Positions 1 to 12,575 of a stretch of DNA of 45,347 nt are shown in pieces. The notes beneath the pieces are model-generated. The model made no database searches and was not told the origin of the DNA. It saw nothing but the letters and a program-made list of their open reading frames with translations. Origin of the DNA: Microthyrium microscopicum (lineage: Eukaryota); NCBI GenBank assembly GCA_010405405.1, contig MU004232.1, positions 2,499,481-2,544,827 of the forward strand, read 5' to 3'. Both the position numbers and the translations under genes were made by a program. Every line of letters begins with the position of its first letter. The first letter of the stretch is position 1.

Positions 1-628
1 TCGACTTCGTTGGCCGCCATCCACGTCGCTTCCTTATGACTGCGTTCTTTTCAATCGACCGCGCGAAACAGTTATACTTAATTGATTATGGTCGGAGAAT
101 ACGTATATTTCGAATGTAGGGATGGTGGCAGCCATCACCGTCCATGAGAGAATGCCGTTTATCCTGCAAGGCTGAATGCCTCGGATATATGGCGAATACT
201 GCCTGTGGCAACAAGGATAAAAGGCGTCAAAAATGCCACATGGACATTTTTGCAGACGGGAAGGAGCATAGAAGTGGTGGCTTGAGCTTCTGATGTTCCT
301 CATCAACAAGGCTGCCTTCAATTCTAAACATTTTCTCATCCTTTCTTCTAGCACATTCTACTACTATACCAAGACTCAGCCCCAGTAATCACTTTCCAAT
401 CCGTGAACTCCTAGGACCAGACAACTCACCGGACCTGCACCTTTGACTGCTCCAACAGCAACAGCTACCAACCCCAGCTCCAGTCTCTCGCCACAGCCCC
501 ACCAACTACCAGTTAACCATTCCCAGTTAAGAAGCCCTTCCCTCCGCGGTTCGGGCTTATAAAGCTTCAAGCTGGGGACTAAACGCAAGCAATCTTTAAG
601 CCTGCCATACGGCTCGAGCAAAAAAATC

Positions 629-3600
629 ATGACAGTACGTGTTCCTATGCTATACCTTGTGAATATACCCCTGGTAGACCTTCATTCTACTGTTGTTCAG
701 CAGTCAGGACGTTAGGCGCCCTAGGCTGCACCACTTTACTATCAACACTACGGTTTACTACATAGGCAAGATTCTGACTTTTTGTTCTTCTAGGAAATGC
801 AAATAGACGATCCTGCCGCAGCAGCGGCTGAACTGAAAGATTCTCATGGCGAAATCGACGAATCGTTGTACAGCCGACAGCTCTACGTCCTGGGCCACGA
901 GGCCATGAAACGTATGGGTCTGTCGGATGTGTTGGTTGTTGGCCTTCGCGGTCTTGGAGTCGAAATAGCAAAGAACATTGCTCTCGCTGGCGTCAAATCT
1001 CTTACTCTCTACGATCCCAAGCCTGCCCTTCTATCCGACCTCTCCGCTCAATACTTCCTACATCCAGCTGACGTTGGCAAGCCCCGCGCCAGTGTCACAG
1101 TTCCTCGTGTGTCCGAACTGAACCCATATACTCCTATAAAGGAATTGCAGGCAAAGGATTTGACGAGCGATCTTAGCTTGTTGGATCAGTTCAAAGCTAT
1201 TGTGCTTACTGATACCTCACTCAAGGACCAGTTGATCATTGCGGACTATTGCCACAAGAAGGGGATATATTTGGTCATCACGGATACCTTCGGTCTCTTT
1301 GGCACGATCTTCACGGACTTTGGCGCGAACTTTACCTGTGGCGATCCAACAGGCGAAAACGCGCAGACTGGTATCGTGGCTGGCATTGATGACGAGGGTA
1401 TTGTCACCGCATTTGATGAGACACGACATGGCTTGGAAGACGGAGATTTCGTGACATTTCACGAAGTAGAAGGAATGGAAGGTATCCATGATGCTCCGCC
1501 TTTCAAAATTGAGGTGAAAGGACCCTACACGTTCAGCATTGGCGACGTCTCGAAATTTGGCCAATACAAGCGTGGTGGCATATTCACTCAAGTCAAGATG
1601 CCTAAAATCATCGACTTCAAGCCAATGTCAGAAGAGATAAAGAACCCAACACAGCTTATATCCGACTTTGCAAAATTTGACCGACCAATGCAGCTACATG
1701 TTGGTTTTCAAGCACTACACAAGTTTGCAGAATCTCACGGGGCTCTTCCTCGCCCACACAACGATGCGGATGCGGCGCAAATCTTGAAGCTCTCCCAAGA
1801 AATCAATGAAACTCTCGGCGAGAACAAGGCAGAGCTATCCGAAGATTTACTCAAGGAGCTCAGCTATCAAGCTCGTGGCGAACTTGCCCCAATGACTGCT
1901 GTATTTGGTGGACTTGCCGCACAAGAGGTCTTGAAATCTGTATCTGGCAAATTCCACCCAATCGTCCAATGGATGACTTTCGATTCCTTGGAGTCGCTAC
2001 CTACTACCGTAAAGCGTACCGAAGAGACCTGCAAGCCACTTGGATCGCGTTATGACGGACAAATCGCAGTTTTCGGAACGGAATTCCAGGAGAAGATTGC
2101 CAATATGCACGAGTTTCTTGTTGGAGCCGGTGCCATTGGCTGCGAAATGTTAAAGAATTGGGCTATGATGGGTCTTGGATCGGGACCAGGCGGCAAAATC
2201 ATCGTTACCGATATGGATCAAATCGAGAAGAGCAACTTGAATCGGCAATTTCTCTTCCGTCCCACTGATGTTGGCAAACTGAAGAGCGATTGTGCGGCAA
2301 CTGCTGTTCAAGCAATGAACCCAGACCTCAATGGCAAAATCACTTCATTACGGGATCGCGTGGGTGCTGACACTGAACATGTCTTCTCTGACGAATTCTG
2401 GAATCCTTTGAGCTCTGTAACCAACGCTCTTGACAACGTAGAGGCCCGGACATATGTCGATCGCCGTTGTGTGTTTTACAAGAAGTCATTATTGGACAGC
2501 GGCACTCTAGGAACCAAGGGAAATACTCAAGTCGTGCTTCCGGGCATAACAGAATCTTACTCCAGCAGTCAAGATCCTCCAGAGCAATCATTCCCTATGT
2601 GCACACTTCGAAGCTTCCCTAATCGTATCGAACATACTATCGCATGGGCCAAAGATCTTTTCCATTCTTACTTCAAAGGACCGGCTGATATTATCAATCT
2701 GTACATCACTCAACCCAATTACTTGGACAGTGCCTTGAAGCAATCTGGAAATGAAATCCAAACCCTGGAGATTCTACGTGACTTTTTGGTTACCGAGAAG
2801 CCAATCTCATATGATGACTGCATCACATGGGCTCGCCAGCAATTCGAGAAGAAATACAACAACGACATCCAACAACTTCTTCACAATTTCCCCAAGGATG
2901 CGACTACATCTAGTGGTCAACCATTCTGGTCAGGCCCAAAGCGTGCTCCAGAGCCACTGAAGTTTGACTACAACAACAACACGCACTTGACCTTCATTGA
3001 AGCTGGTGCAGCACTCCATGCATTCAATTACAACATAAGCTCCGACAACATCTCCAAGGAGCAATACATCAAAGTCTTGGACAACATGATCATCCCAGAT
3101 TTCAAACCAGATCCAGGTGTCAAGATCCAAGCAAACGACTCTGATCCTGATCCAAACGCTGCCAACCCGGCTCTCAGCGACAAGCAAAATATTCAAAAGC
3201 TCCTCGAAGGTCTACCATCGCCCAAGACCCTGTCCGGCTTCAGCCTCGAGCCTGTGGAATTCGAGAAAGATGACGACACAAATCATCATATCGACTTCAT
3301 CACCGCCTGCTCGAACCTACGCGCCGAAAACTATACCATCACACCCGCCGATAACCACAAGACGAAGTTCATCGCCGGCAAAATCATCCCTGCCATTGCC
3401 ACTACCACCGCTCTCGTGACTGGTCTAGTGAACCTAGAGTTGTACAAGCTAATCGACGGCAAGGATGATATTGAGCAATACAAGAATGGTTTCGTCAATC
3501 TAGCACTGCCATTCTTTGGCTTTTCCGAGCCAATTGGCAGTCCAAAGGGTGTGTACCAAGGCAAAGAGGGCGAGGTAAAGATCGACAAGATCTGGGATCG

Positions 3601-3934
3601 CTTTGAGGTTCCAGACTTTACGCTTCAGGAGCTCGTGAAGTGGTTCGATGACAAGGGATTGACGATTACAATGGCGTCGAGTGGAGTCACATTGCTATAT
3701 GCAAACTTCTTCCCTCCCGCAAAAATGAAGGATCGTTTGACTATGAAGTAAGCCTTCCCCCTCTCTATGGATATACAACGACTAACATATATTCGTAGGA
3801 TCAGCGAGCTCGTCGCAACCGTCTCCAAGAAACCTGTGCCAGAACATGCCAAGAGTCTTATTCTTGAAGTCACCTGCGACGACATTACTGAGGAGGACGT
3901 GGAAGTTCCGTATGTCATGGTCAAACTCCAGTAG
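629..3934 (+). CDS. UBA1: Ubiquitin-activating enzyme E1; exons 629-634, 794-3747, 3799-3934
   Basis: Motifs [39 protein letters not shown], catalytic PMCTL, FEKDDD and [10 protein letters not shown]. Introns 635-793 (GTACGT..CTGAC..TAG) and 3748-3798 (GTAAGC..CTAAC..TAG). The spliced C-terminus ends [13 protein letters not shown]. Confidence 0.97.
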
Positions 3935-4636
3935 AGAGTTAAAGGACACGAAGACGACTACTATATTAGGTATTCCGGATCTTTAAAAATGAGCGATGGA
4001 GCATTGGGGTACACACGAAGAATAGTATAAATTAACACAACGGAGATCAGAAATTGCAGCAATAGACTTTGAAACTATATAGCTCGGTTAGCTCTAGATG
4101 AATATAAATCATGGATTCAATAGAATGATGAGAAATTGTGTAGCGCGGTATAACTCGCATCAACTTCGTTGGCTGCGATCGACGCTGTTCTGTTTCAACT
4201 GCTATCGTTTGCGTAAACTCATGCAGGTTTTATCGGCGACAAGGGAAGCATGAATCTATCGCATTGAATGATAGGTAGGCCTAGCCTTGAGTGCCTTTCA
4301 GATCTTGTGAAGAATAAAGCATGCGTGATTATTCATTTCCTCATTTCGCCCGACCCAGCCGGAGTCGACAATTTATATATGTATGCTAAATACAGCCAAC
4401 CAGCCAACCATCCATTCGTGCCATGCCGCGCCTCAACGTTATCCAAAACCCAACCCAAAAGCGTCTCGTTCCACCTCTGGTTTCGTGCCATTACATTATA
4501 GCGGAGCCTGCGTCATGTATCCAAAATGCAAAACCAAGCGAGGGGAGATATTGCAGTGTTCCCAGCGAGCGGCGGACTTGCGTCCCTGTTCGTCTATATT
4601 CCTTGTCGTTTCGGTGTTTCGAGGTCTTGAGGTTGG

Positions 4637-5887
4637 TTAGGAGATGAATGTCGCTTCGGCAAAGACTTGTCCTTCCTCTTCGATTTCTTCCTCGCCGATC
4701 TTGAGCTTGAGCTTCATCTTGGCACCGTATTGGTAGATATATGGTCTTGTGCCTGCTGCTGCTGTGGCCAAAGATTTGATGAAGCCGGGCAGTTCCCCCA
4801 TGACGTCTACGCGGTCGAGGCGGTCGTTTAGTGGGCCTTCGATTTCTGCGGAGGCTTCTTTGCCGTCGTCTGTAACGCCTTTCCAGGTGTACTTGACTTC
4901 ACCTGGCTCTGGCCAGTTGACTTCTGCGTCGCCCTTGATTTTCGTGTGTTCGGCTGTCGAGTCTGCGCTGGCGAAGAGGAGTTTGTCATCTTTAACGATA
5001 CCACCAACGTTGACGACTGTGCTGGCGTAGGCGGGTGGTGTGGTAAATTGCATAAGCACGGCGGAGTAGTTGGGCGATTGGAAGTTGCAAAAGTTCCAAC
5101 GCGCTGCCGCATGATGTGGCTTCATGCCTTGTAGCGCATGGACATACATGCCCGCGCCCTTCATATCGAGTGAGCCGTGTTGTGTCAGGATATGGCCGGT
5201 GACAGTGCAGCGGGGCCAGAAAGAGTGGCGCATAGTGCCCCAGGGGTTTTTGGGATCGGTTCCGTAGGTCGTTGTGCCATTATCGCCGACGACAAAGCCA
5301 GGGGCGGTGCGGGTAAAGGTAAGTTCGACGATGGATTTGAGGTTGAGCTGTGACTTTATGGTATAGGCGGAGCCATCTTCGTTGAGGGTGATAGAAACTT
5401 TGTCTGCGATCAGATCGTACTTTTCGTTTTCAAATTTGTAGTTGGATAGAGGATCGGAGGACCAGATTCGAGGAGTTTTGTCATCATCGAGGAAGTATAT
5501 CTGGGTGTTGAACTGGGCTGTCGCTGTGATCCTGGAGAGGGGTTAGCATAGGAAAAGGGACCAGCGGATGAGCAGGATTCGACGTACGCCACATTACTAT
5601 ATATGACTTGCACAAAAACAAGATGACCAGCGTCTGAATGAATATAAAAGGTCTGGGTCTCAACGCATGAAGTCCATGGTGTCAGCCACTTTTGATCGGG
5701 TTTGGTGAGGACGGTATGCGGTGTTTTTTTGGCTTGTTCGGCGACAGAGTGTATTGCCTCGGGACCATAGACAGGCTCCTGGGTGCCTATGGCAGAAGCA
5801 ACGCTATCAAATGTTAGATATTTGAGTCGGAAGACAAAAATGGCAGGGCTAGGCGACAACATACGCTCCTTTGACCAAGTTGAACAT
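4637..5887 (-). CDS. SVF1: Survival factor 1 (Svf1-like); exons 5887-5865, 5803-5588, 5531-4637
   Basis: Spliced product MFNLVKGAVASAIGTQEPVYGPEAIH..VETQTFY..QVIYSNVA..YGTDPKNPWGTMRHSFWPRC..DRVDVMGELPGFIK..AGTRPYIYQY..FAEATFIS matches the Svf1 family. Introns 5864-5804 and 5587-5532 have canonical signals. Confidence 0.92.
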
Positions 5888-7031
5888 GGTATAGGGAAGA
5901 ATTTGTATAGCTGTTTGGTGACAAATGCAAAAAGGGTAAGAGCAGGTAGTACGAGGATGAATCAGACAGTAGGTAAGTACTAAGTAAGGTTCGTGATCAG
6001 AATTATGTATGGTAAGATGGTGTATCAGATGTCGTGAGGTCAGACATGAGACGCTACGAATGCCCAAGATGGAAGGTGGCGTGTGGAGGGGCAGATGCGG
6101 AAAGCACAAGCCACCGCGACCACCAAAAGCGGCAGCATCGATTGGGAGGTTCTCGCGTTAAAATAAGCGCGCCATGTGAAAAACACTCCAATCAACTACG
6201 ATATCTGCCTTTTTTCGTAAGTTTGAAGTGTTCAATAATGGTTCTTTTAATTTGAAGCCAGACAGGCAGACCAAGGAAAAGGGCAGCACCCGCGTATAAT
6301 TTCCGATTCAAGGCAAGCGCAAGAATGACGTCTGGGATTTTTCAGTCAGCATGTGTTGTACTTTAGAAGCTTAGCACATTATTCTTCGCAATTTAGCTCG
6401 CCTCTTTTTATATTCGATGTACATACCTGCTCCATCTGGGATTCTGTTACGGCGGTCCCGTTTCCAGTGCAGGTACAAGTTTATTTCCAAGGCACTAGTT
6501 GCAGATGATGGCCAGGAACAATTTTCTAGTTTTTCCAAACCTTGTATCAACCGAAACGGGTACGTATCTTGCGCATGGCTTCTCAGCCTGTGGAACACAT
6601 ACAGAATGCAGGATAGACCCGTTATTCTGGCAAAAGGAAAAACCAGTAGAGAAGGTGGGGCACTGAGGCAGGTTGGCTTGGCGGCATCAGCCTAACTCTA
6701 TTTAGACCCCAGATCCTTCTCAGTTCTAAGGGAGCAAGATCAAGCTAGAGAAGGGAAAGCGGGATTGCTCGGATTATTCGGACTTCGTCAGGCATTTTGC
6801 AGAGAGCCACAGTTTAGAGAGAGCAACAGACAACACAACCTCTATCATTTCTCTACTACTGCCTACTACCTGGATCATCAGCAGCTCAATCTCTATTACT
6901 GCTATCAAATTCTTTTCTAATCCACTAAGCTTGTCCTTGTCTGCGACATTAGACTGCAAACACTTGCATCCTATCACTGTTCTCAATAGCCCCATCTCTA
7001 CCTTTTTGTCCCACTATCAATCTACTACTAC

Positions 7032-7064
7032 ATGATCCCGATGGCGACACCGCGCCGCGACTAA
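7032..7064 (+). promoter_or_regulatory. Candidate uORF (MIPMATPRRD*) in the 5' leader of the Hal4/Sat4 kinase gene
   Basis: The only + strand ATGs seen between about 6780 and 7426 are at 7032 and 7041, both in this frame. The transcription start is unknown. Confidence 0.4.
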
Positions 7065-7426
7065 CTGCCTTTTCTCTTCCAGTAATCTCTAGCTTCTGTA
7101 TCCTCTCTCTTTCTTCCATAACCACTCCCTCACTCACTTTCTTATTGCGCCTACTCGCAATCAATCGCTGCTCTGCCACAAAGCTACATTCCGCCGCTTT
7201 CCGACCTGCAAACCTGCTGATCGTCCTTGTGTCATTGTGCCCGCCGAGGTGATCTACATACTACAATCCGCTATCCGCTATCCAGACTTTCGGTCCTGTG
7301 TCTCGTCGCTCCAACACGCGAGAACCTAGCTTACCCCCTTGTCTAAATTCCATATATCAAGACAACCTGCATCCCACGCTCGCCAAACCTGGTGACTCCT
7401 CTCCATTTCTATCCATTGTCAGCAAA

Positions 7427-7552
7427 GTAAGCTATTCCTTTCATTCTACGAGCTCGAATACAATCATGTACTTCTCATATTTTCTGCTGTCCAACCTTAA
7501 TAATATACATCGGGATTTGTCAGCTTGAGTCACTGGCTAACCATTGAGACAG
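7427..7552 (+). other. Probable 5'-UTR intron of the kinase gene
   Basis: GTAAGC donor at 7427, GCTAAC branch point near 7536 and CAG acceptor at 7550-7552. An in-frame TGA lies between the acceptor and ATG 7602. Confidence 0.6.
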
Positions 7553-7601
7553 CATCTGATCTCCACCTCACCACGACGCTGACTGGGCCTTGACATTGAT
7601 C

Positions 7602-10027
7602 ATGGCTGACACTCAACCTGCCTCCGCTGGACAACATCCCGAACCAGCCGTTCGATTCAGCTCGGTTACACAGGAGATTTCACCTTCAGACAACACTACC
7701 GACGAATCGATACACTTGGTCAACACTATCACTGAAAAATCAAGATCAGAGTCGCTGACGGAGGAGCAAAAGAAAGAGTTGAAGGATTTGTCTGTTTCAA
7801 TGCAGCAATCTAGATTGCAGTCTGCGCGTATGGACAAGTTCGTTTTTGAGCCTGTATCACTGCCAGCATCAAGAGTAAGACATCTCATAAACATAGATTG
7901 GCAGACGTTAACATGGCGTACTAGGTTCCATCAGCTGGTTCATCTACTCAGATACAATCACATTCTGCGCTCTCTCCTCGTAGTTCTCCAGTATCACGAC
8001 CAAGCTCACAAAATCTACTAACACCAGCGGATTCAGGTAGCAAGGATGAATCCATCACAACTGGTAGATCACAAGGCGCTTCATATCCCGTTACTCCACA
8101 AGAATCTCCTCTCCCAGATATCGATGGCAAAAATAAGGACACCAAACCTTCTGCTGCTGCTGAAGCTAGAGCTCTTGCTCGCCCAAAGTCACTGACAGAA
8201 ATCAGCGGCATTCCAGTACATCCGAAACAACCACCTACACAACTTGCTATACCTCGAGGTGATTCCAATCCAACATCAGGAGAAAGTAGTCCTTTGGGCA
8301 CCCCTCGAGAACTTCCCAGCGGAGCTCAATCACCATACAGTAGACCATTTACTCCAACAGGGGACCCTAATGATCCCTATTCACGTCAAAACAGACCTCC
8401 ACAGAGCCGAAACGTAGATTCGATCGATGCTCGTTTTGTTTTTGGGAAAGAAAGGCCTCGCAGTGCTCTGTTTGCCTCTGAGAAACCTAAGGCGGATTCG
8501 ACAGAGAAACGAGCAAGTATATTTGGCGCTGGTCGTAAAGACTCTGTGGACTCTGGCAAAAATACCCCACACGGTCATCACTCAATGTCTGATTTAAAAC
8601 GCTTTTTCAGATTTGGAGGCTCGAAAAAAGATAAAAAGGAAAAGTCAACACTCGCACCACCAACAAAAGAGAAGCGAAAATCGACAGCCGTCATATCTTC
8701 CCATGCGCCAAGCAGGTCGCAATCGAGTGTAGCCATTCCATTTGCCGATGATCACGGGTTGGAAGCCAAGTATGGCAAGTTTGAAAGAATTCTAGGCTCT
8801 GGCGCTGGCGGTTCAGTCCGATTGATGAAACGACAAGATGGCGTTACTTTTGCAGTGAAGCAATTTCGTGAGCGACATGCCTGGGAAACCGAGAAGGCCT
8901 ACAATAAAAAGATAACAGCTGAGTTTTGTATCGGCTCAACTCTTCATCATGGCAACATCATCGAAGCCATGGATATTATCAATGAAAAAGGCCGATGGTA
9001 TGAAGTGATGGAGTATGCCCCATTCGACTTGTTTGCAATTGTTATGACAGGCAAGATGAGCAGGGAGGAAGTCGCCTGCTGCATGTTGCAAATCGTTAAT
9101 GGCGTCGCTTATATCCATTCCATGGGGTTGGCACATCGTGATCTCAAACTTGACAATGTCGTAGTCAACGAGCATGGCATTATGAAGATCATCGACTTTG
9201 GCAGCGCCCATGTCTTCCAATATCCATTTGAAGGCGGCGTTGTCATGGCTGAAGGTCAGTTTTACTATATACTTATCCATATCTAAACATCAAACTAACA
9301 TTCTTCAGGCGTCGTCGGTTCTGATCCATATCTCGCCCCCGAAGTATTTACACAAAAAACGTACGAAGCCCAAAAAGTCGACATCTGGTCCCTCGCCATA
9401 ATATTCTGCTGCATGTCCCTCCGCCGCTTCCCCTGGAAATGTCCCAAAACCACCGACAACTCCTTCAAGCTGTTCATCACCCAACCCACCGACGAAGAAC
9501 TTAAACACCCACTCTACCCCCAACGCCCCTCTGTCTCTGAACCCTCCTCACGCCCACAATCATCTCTCGACGACGGTTCAGCCACCACAACCCACCACCA
9601 CCACCACCGCGACCACTCATCCTCCGACAACACACCCAACACCACAAACTCCACCAACCCATCCTCCACCTCCACCGCACCATCCTCAACAACCCCATCT
9701 TCAAACGACCCCTCCTCCAAAGACACTGAACGCCCCCGCCTAGACTCAGCATCCACCCTCCCCCCCTCAACTACAACAGCAGCGCAACAAAACATCACCA
9801 TCAAAGGCCCCTGGCGCCTCCTCCGCCTCCTACCCCGCGAAACCCGCCATATCGTCGGCCGCATGCTCGAACTCGAGCCAACCCAACGAGCAAGCCTGGA
9901 CGAAATTACCGCGGACCCATGGGTTGCAAAAACACCCTTCTGTAAACAGGAAGTTGCCGGTGAAGTCTGCCATGCGGACGGCCATGTGCATACGCTGGAA
10001 GGTGGTGGTGGGGATGATAAGCGGTAG
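7602..10027 (+). CDS. SAT4: Hal4/Sat4-type (HAL/NPR family) Ser/Thr protein kinase; exons 7602-7874, 7925-9254, 9309-10027
   Basis: [56 protein letters not shown], spliced [12 protein letters not shown] and [16 protein letters not shown]. Introns 7875-7924 and 9255-9308 keep the frame. Confidence 0.9.
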
Positions 10028-10625
10028 GGCCGCGAGCGCCGAGATAAGGCGCGTGTTGGCGGGTGGAATGTCACGGATTGGTTGAAGGGTGGTGCGGCGC
10101 AAGGCGATGGTGGTGGGGACAGAGAGGGAAGGAGTTTGCAACAGGGAGATCCAAGAGACAGGGATTGGTGGAAGGGTGGTTGGGTAGAAAATACTATTGG
10201 TGGTGGGGATAGAGAGGCATTGAAGAAGGTGGAGACTGCGGTCAAGATTCCTGATACTGTCAAGAGAAGAGTTGAGGCGCAGAATGGTAAGGGGACGGAG
10301 GATAATTGGTGGGCGGCATAGGGATTTTGGGTACGGGTTTCTGGGTATTGGAAAGAGGATGTTTAAGGGAATGGTGGTATTCATTTGTAGAAAATGGTAT
10401 GATGAATGGATGAAGGTAGACGTATTGTTGTATAGAAAGCGGGTTGGAGAATTAGGTTTGGGCTTTTGGAATGGATTCACAATTGTACATGTCACTACTC
10501 TAATGAGAAGAGAATTGTTTGTTATAAAAAGTCTCGTTATGGTGGTTCTACTCGTGATATATCTCATGCTACCCTATACCCCTATTTCAGTAACAACAAC
10601 ATATCGAGAATGCTGGTTTTTATCT

Positions 10626-12449
10626 CTAGTAGCTGCGACCAAATTGAACCCATTTTTGTGCGTCTTTGCCACACGATGGGCGCAGACATTTCGTGCCTGC
10701 TGGTAGATCTGGCTGCTCGAATGGGATACATAGTGCTATATCAATCGTTAGCTTTCCATATTGTTATTTATATGAGGATCGATTGTGGAAACTTACCCTT
10801 TGCGCCCATACTTGGAGCCTTCTTATCCTCTGGGGAATTACCCGCTTCCTTCTTTGCCAATGCTGCTGTCTCATCCTTGACATCGTCGGCACATTGGCCG
10901 TCCAAGCAGTGCGGAATGATGAGCACATTCTTGCCGTTTAGTGTGCTTACTACTTTGCTCCAGTCTGTTAATTGCACACGGTGTGCCTCGTATTCCTTCT
11001 TCGCCTTATCAAACATCTCGTTCTGCATCGTCTCTAGTAGCTCTGGAATGCCCTTGGCTAGATCTGCGATGGGGACTGTTGTTTTGGCGCCATTATCGCG
11101 CCGTACTGTAGTGACTACACCAGCGGCAGCATCCTTTGGTCCGAATTCGATACGTAGTGGCACACCGCGGAGTTCGTACTCGTTGAATTTCCAGCCAGCG
11201 TTATAGTGCTCACGATTATCTGTCTCAGCACGTACGCCAGCCTCGACAAGAGAGGCGGCCATGGAGGTCATTTTGTCGTAGTGTGCTTTCTTATCTTCTT
11301 CGGACGTTTTAGCTGTGATGCCAACGGGAACGAGAACTGCCTGGACTTCAGCGACACGAGGTGGGATGACGGCGCCTTTGTCGTCGCCGTGTACGAGCAT
11401 GGCGACACCGATGGAGCGCGTGGTTAGACCCCAGCTGTTCTGCCATACGTGTAGACGGGGCTTGGTGCCTGCCTCGCCTTCCTTGCGGGGTGCTGGGTCT
11501 TCGACGGTGATGTCGTACATTTTGGCAAAATGTTGGCCCAGACAATGTGATGTGGCAGCTTGGATGCCGCGGCCGGTGGATGGGATGAAGCCTTCGATGG
11601 TGGTGGTGTAGTATGCGCCTGGGAATTGCTCGTTGACAGTCTTGCGGCCCTTGATGACGGGGACGGCGAGTAGGTATTCGTAGACGCCAGCGTAGAAATC
11701 GAGAATCTGTAACACTTCTTCGCCAGCGGATTCTTCAGTCAAGTGAGCAGTATGTCCTTCTTGCCAGAGGAATTCGCGCGAGCGGATAAAGGGCATTGGG
11801 TTGCGGAATTCCCAGCGGACGACGTTGTTCCATTGATTGCGCTTCAGGGGAAGATCGCGATGGCTCTGAATCTTGTCGTGGAAATCTTTGTACATGGCAG
11901 TTTCGGAGGTAGGACGGATTGCAATCGGTTTCTCGAGCTTGGTGGTTCCTCCTAGTGTGACCCATGCGACTTCGGCAGCGAAGCCTTCGATATGGTCCTT
12001 TTCTTTTTGGAGGTTGTCTTGTGAGATGAAAAGGGGATAGTAGCAGTTCCTTACACCTGGAATCGACTTGTTAATCAAAAGGTTGTGCTATAGCAAGGAT
12101 GCAACCAACCTAAAGTTTTGATCTTGGAGTCGAACCATGTCTGAATTGTTTGCCAGATAGAATACGAGGCTGGCTCAAGAATGTAGCAGCCAGAGACATC
12201 GTAGTAGCTTATGAAGGAGCCTTTGGAAAGCATCTGCTGGTACCATTCGGCAAGATCATCATCTTTCTTGACAGTGATTCCCTTGGTGTCGACCTGGGCG
12301 GTCTTTGCGCCTTGCTGTTGCTTTGGCTTTTGTGCTGGTTTGTCTTTCTTCTCTTTCTTTTCCTTCTTCTCCTTCTTCTTGGTATCCTTGTTTTCTTGAG
12401 GAACCTCGTCCTTGGTACGATCGGCGATATCTTGGATGGCGTCGGCCAT
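10626..12449 (-). CDS. Cytosolic (eukaryote/archaea-type) prolyl-tRNA synthetase; exons 12449-12110, 12056-10797, 10735-10626
   Basis: YYDVSGCYIL, HIEGFAAEVAWVT, IAIRPTSET, QWNNVVRWEF, REFLWQEGHTAH, WQNSWGLTTRSIG and the anticodon domain GWKFNEYELRGVPLRIE. The spliced C-terminus is MGAKALCIPFEQP..FGRSY*. Confidence 0.96.
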
Positions 12450-12575
12450 GGTTGCGATATAGAGGGATATGGGAGTAGTAGTACGGGTGGGTAGTTATTG
12501 GAATGTTTGGGCAAATTTGGTGGTGGGGTTTATATGCTAGCCCGAGGCTGAAAGCAGGGATGGAGTCGCGTTCAA

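Noticed and set aside
34..630. Minus-strand ORFs 34-354 and 376-630
   Set aside because: No recognisable motifs or splice structure. They overlap the UBA1 promoter and leader.
9501..11206. Long overlapping ORFs (9514-10263, 9830-10567, 10272-10706, 10466-11206)
   Set aside because: Antisense or shadow frames of the kinase and ProRS genes and their skewed UTRs, with no independent protein features.
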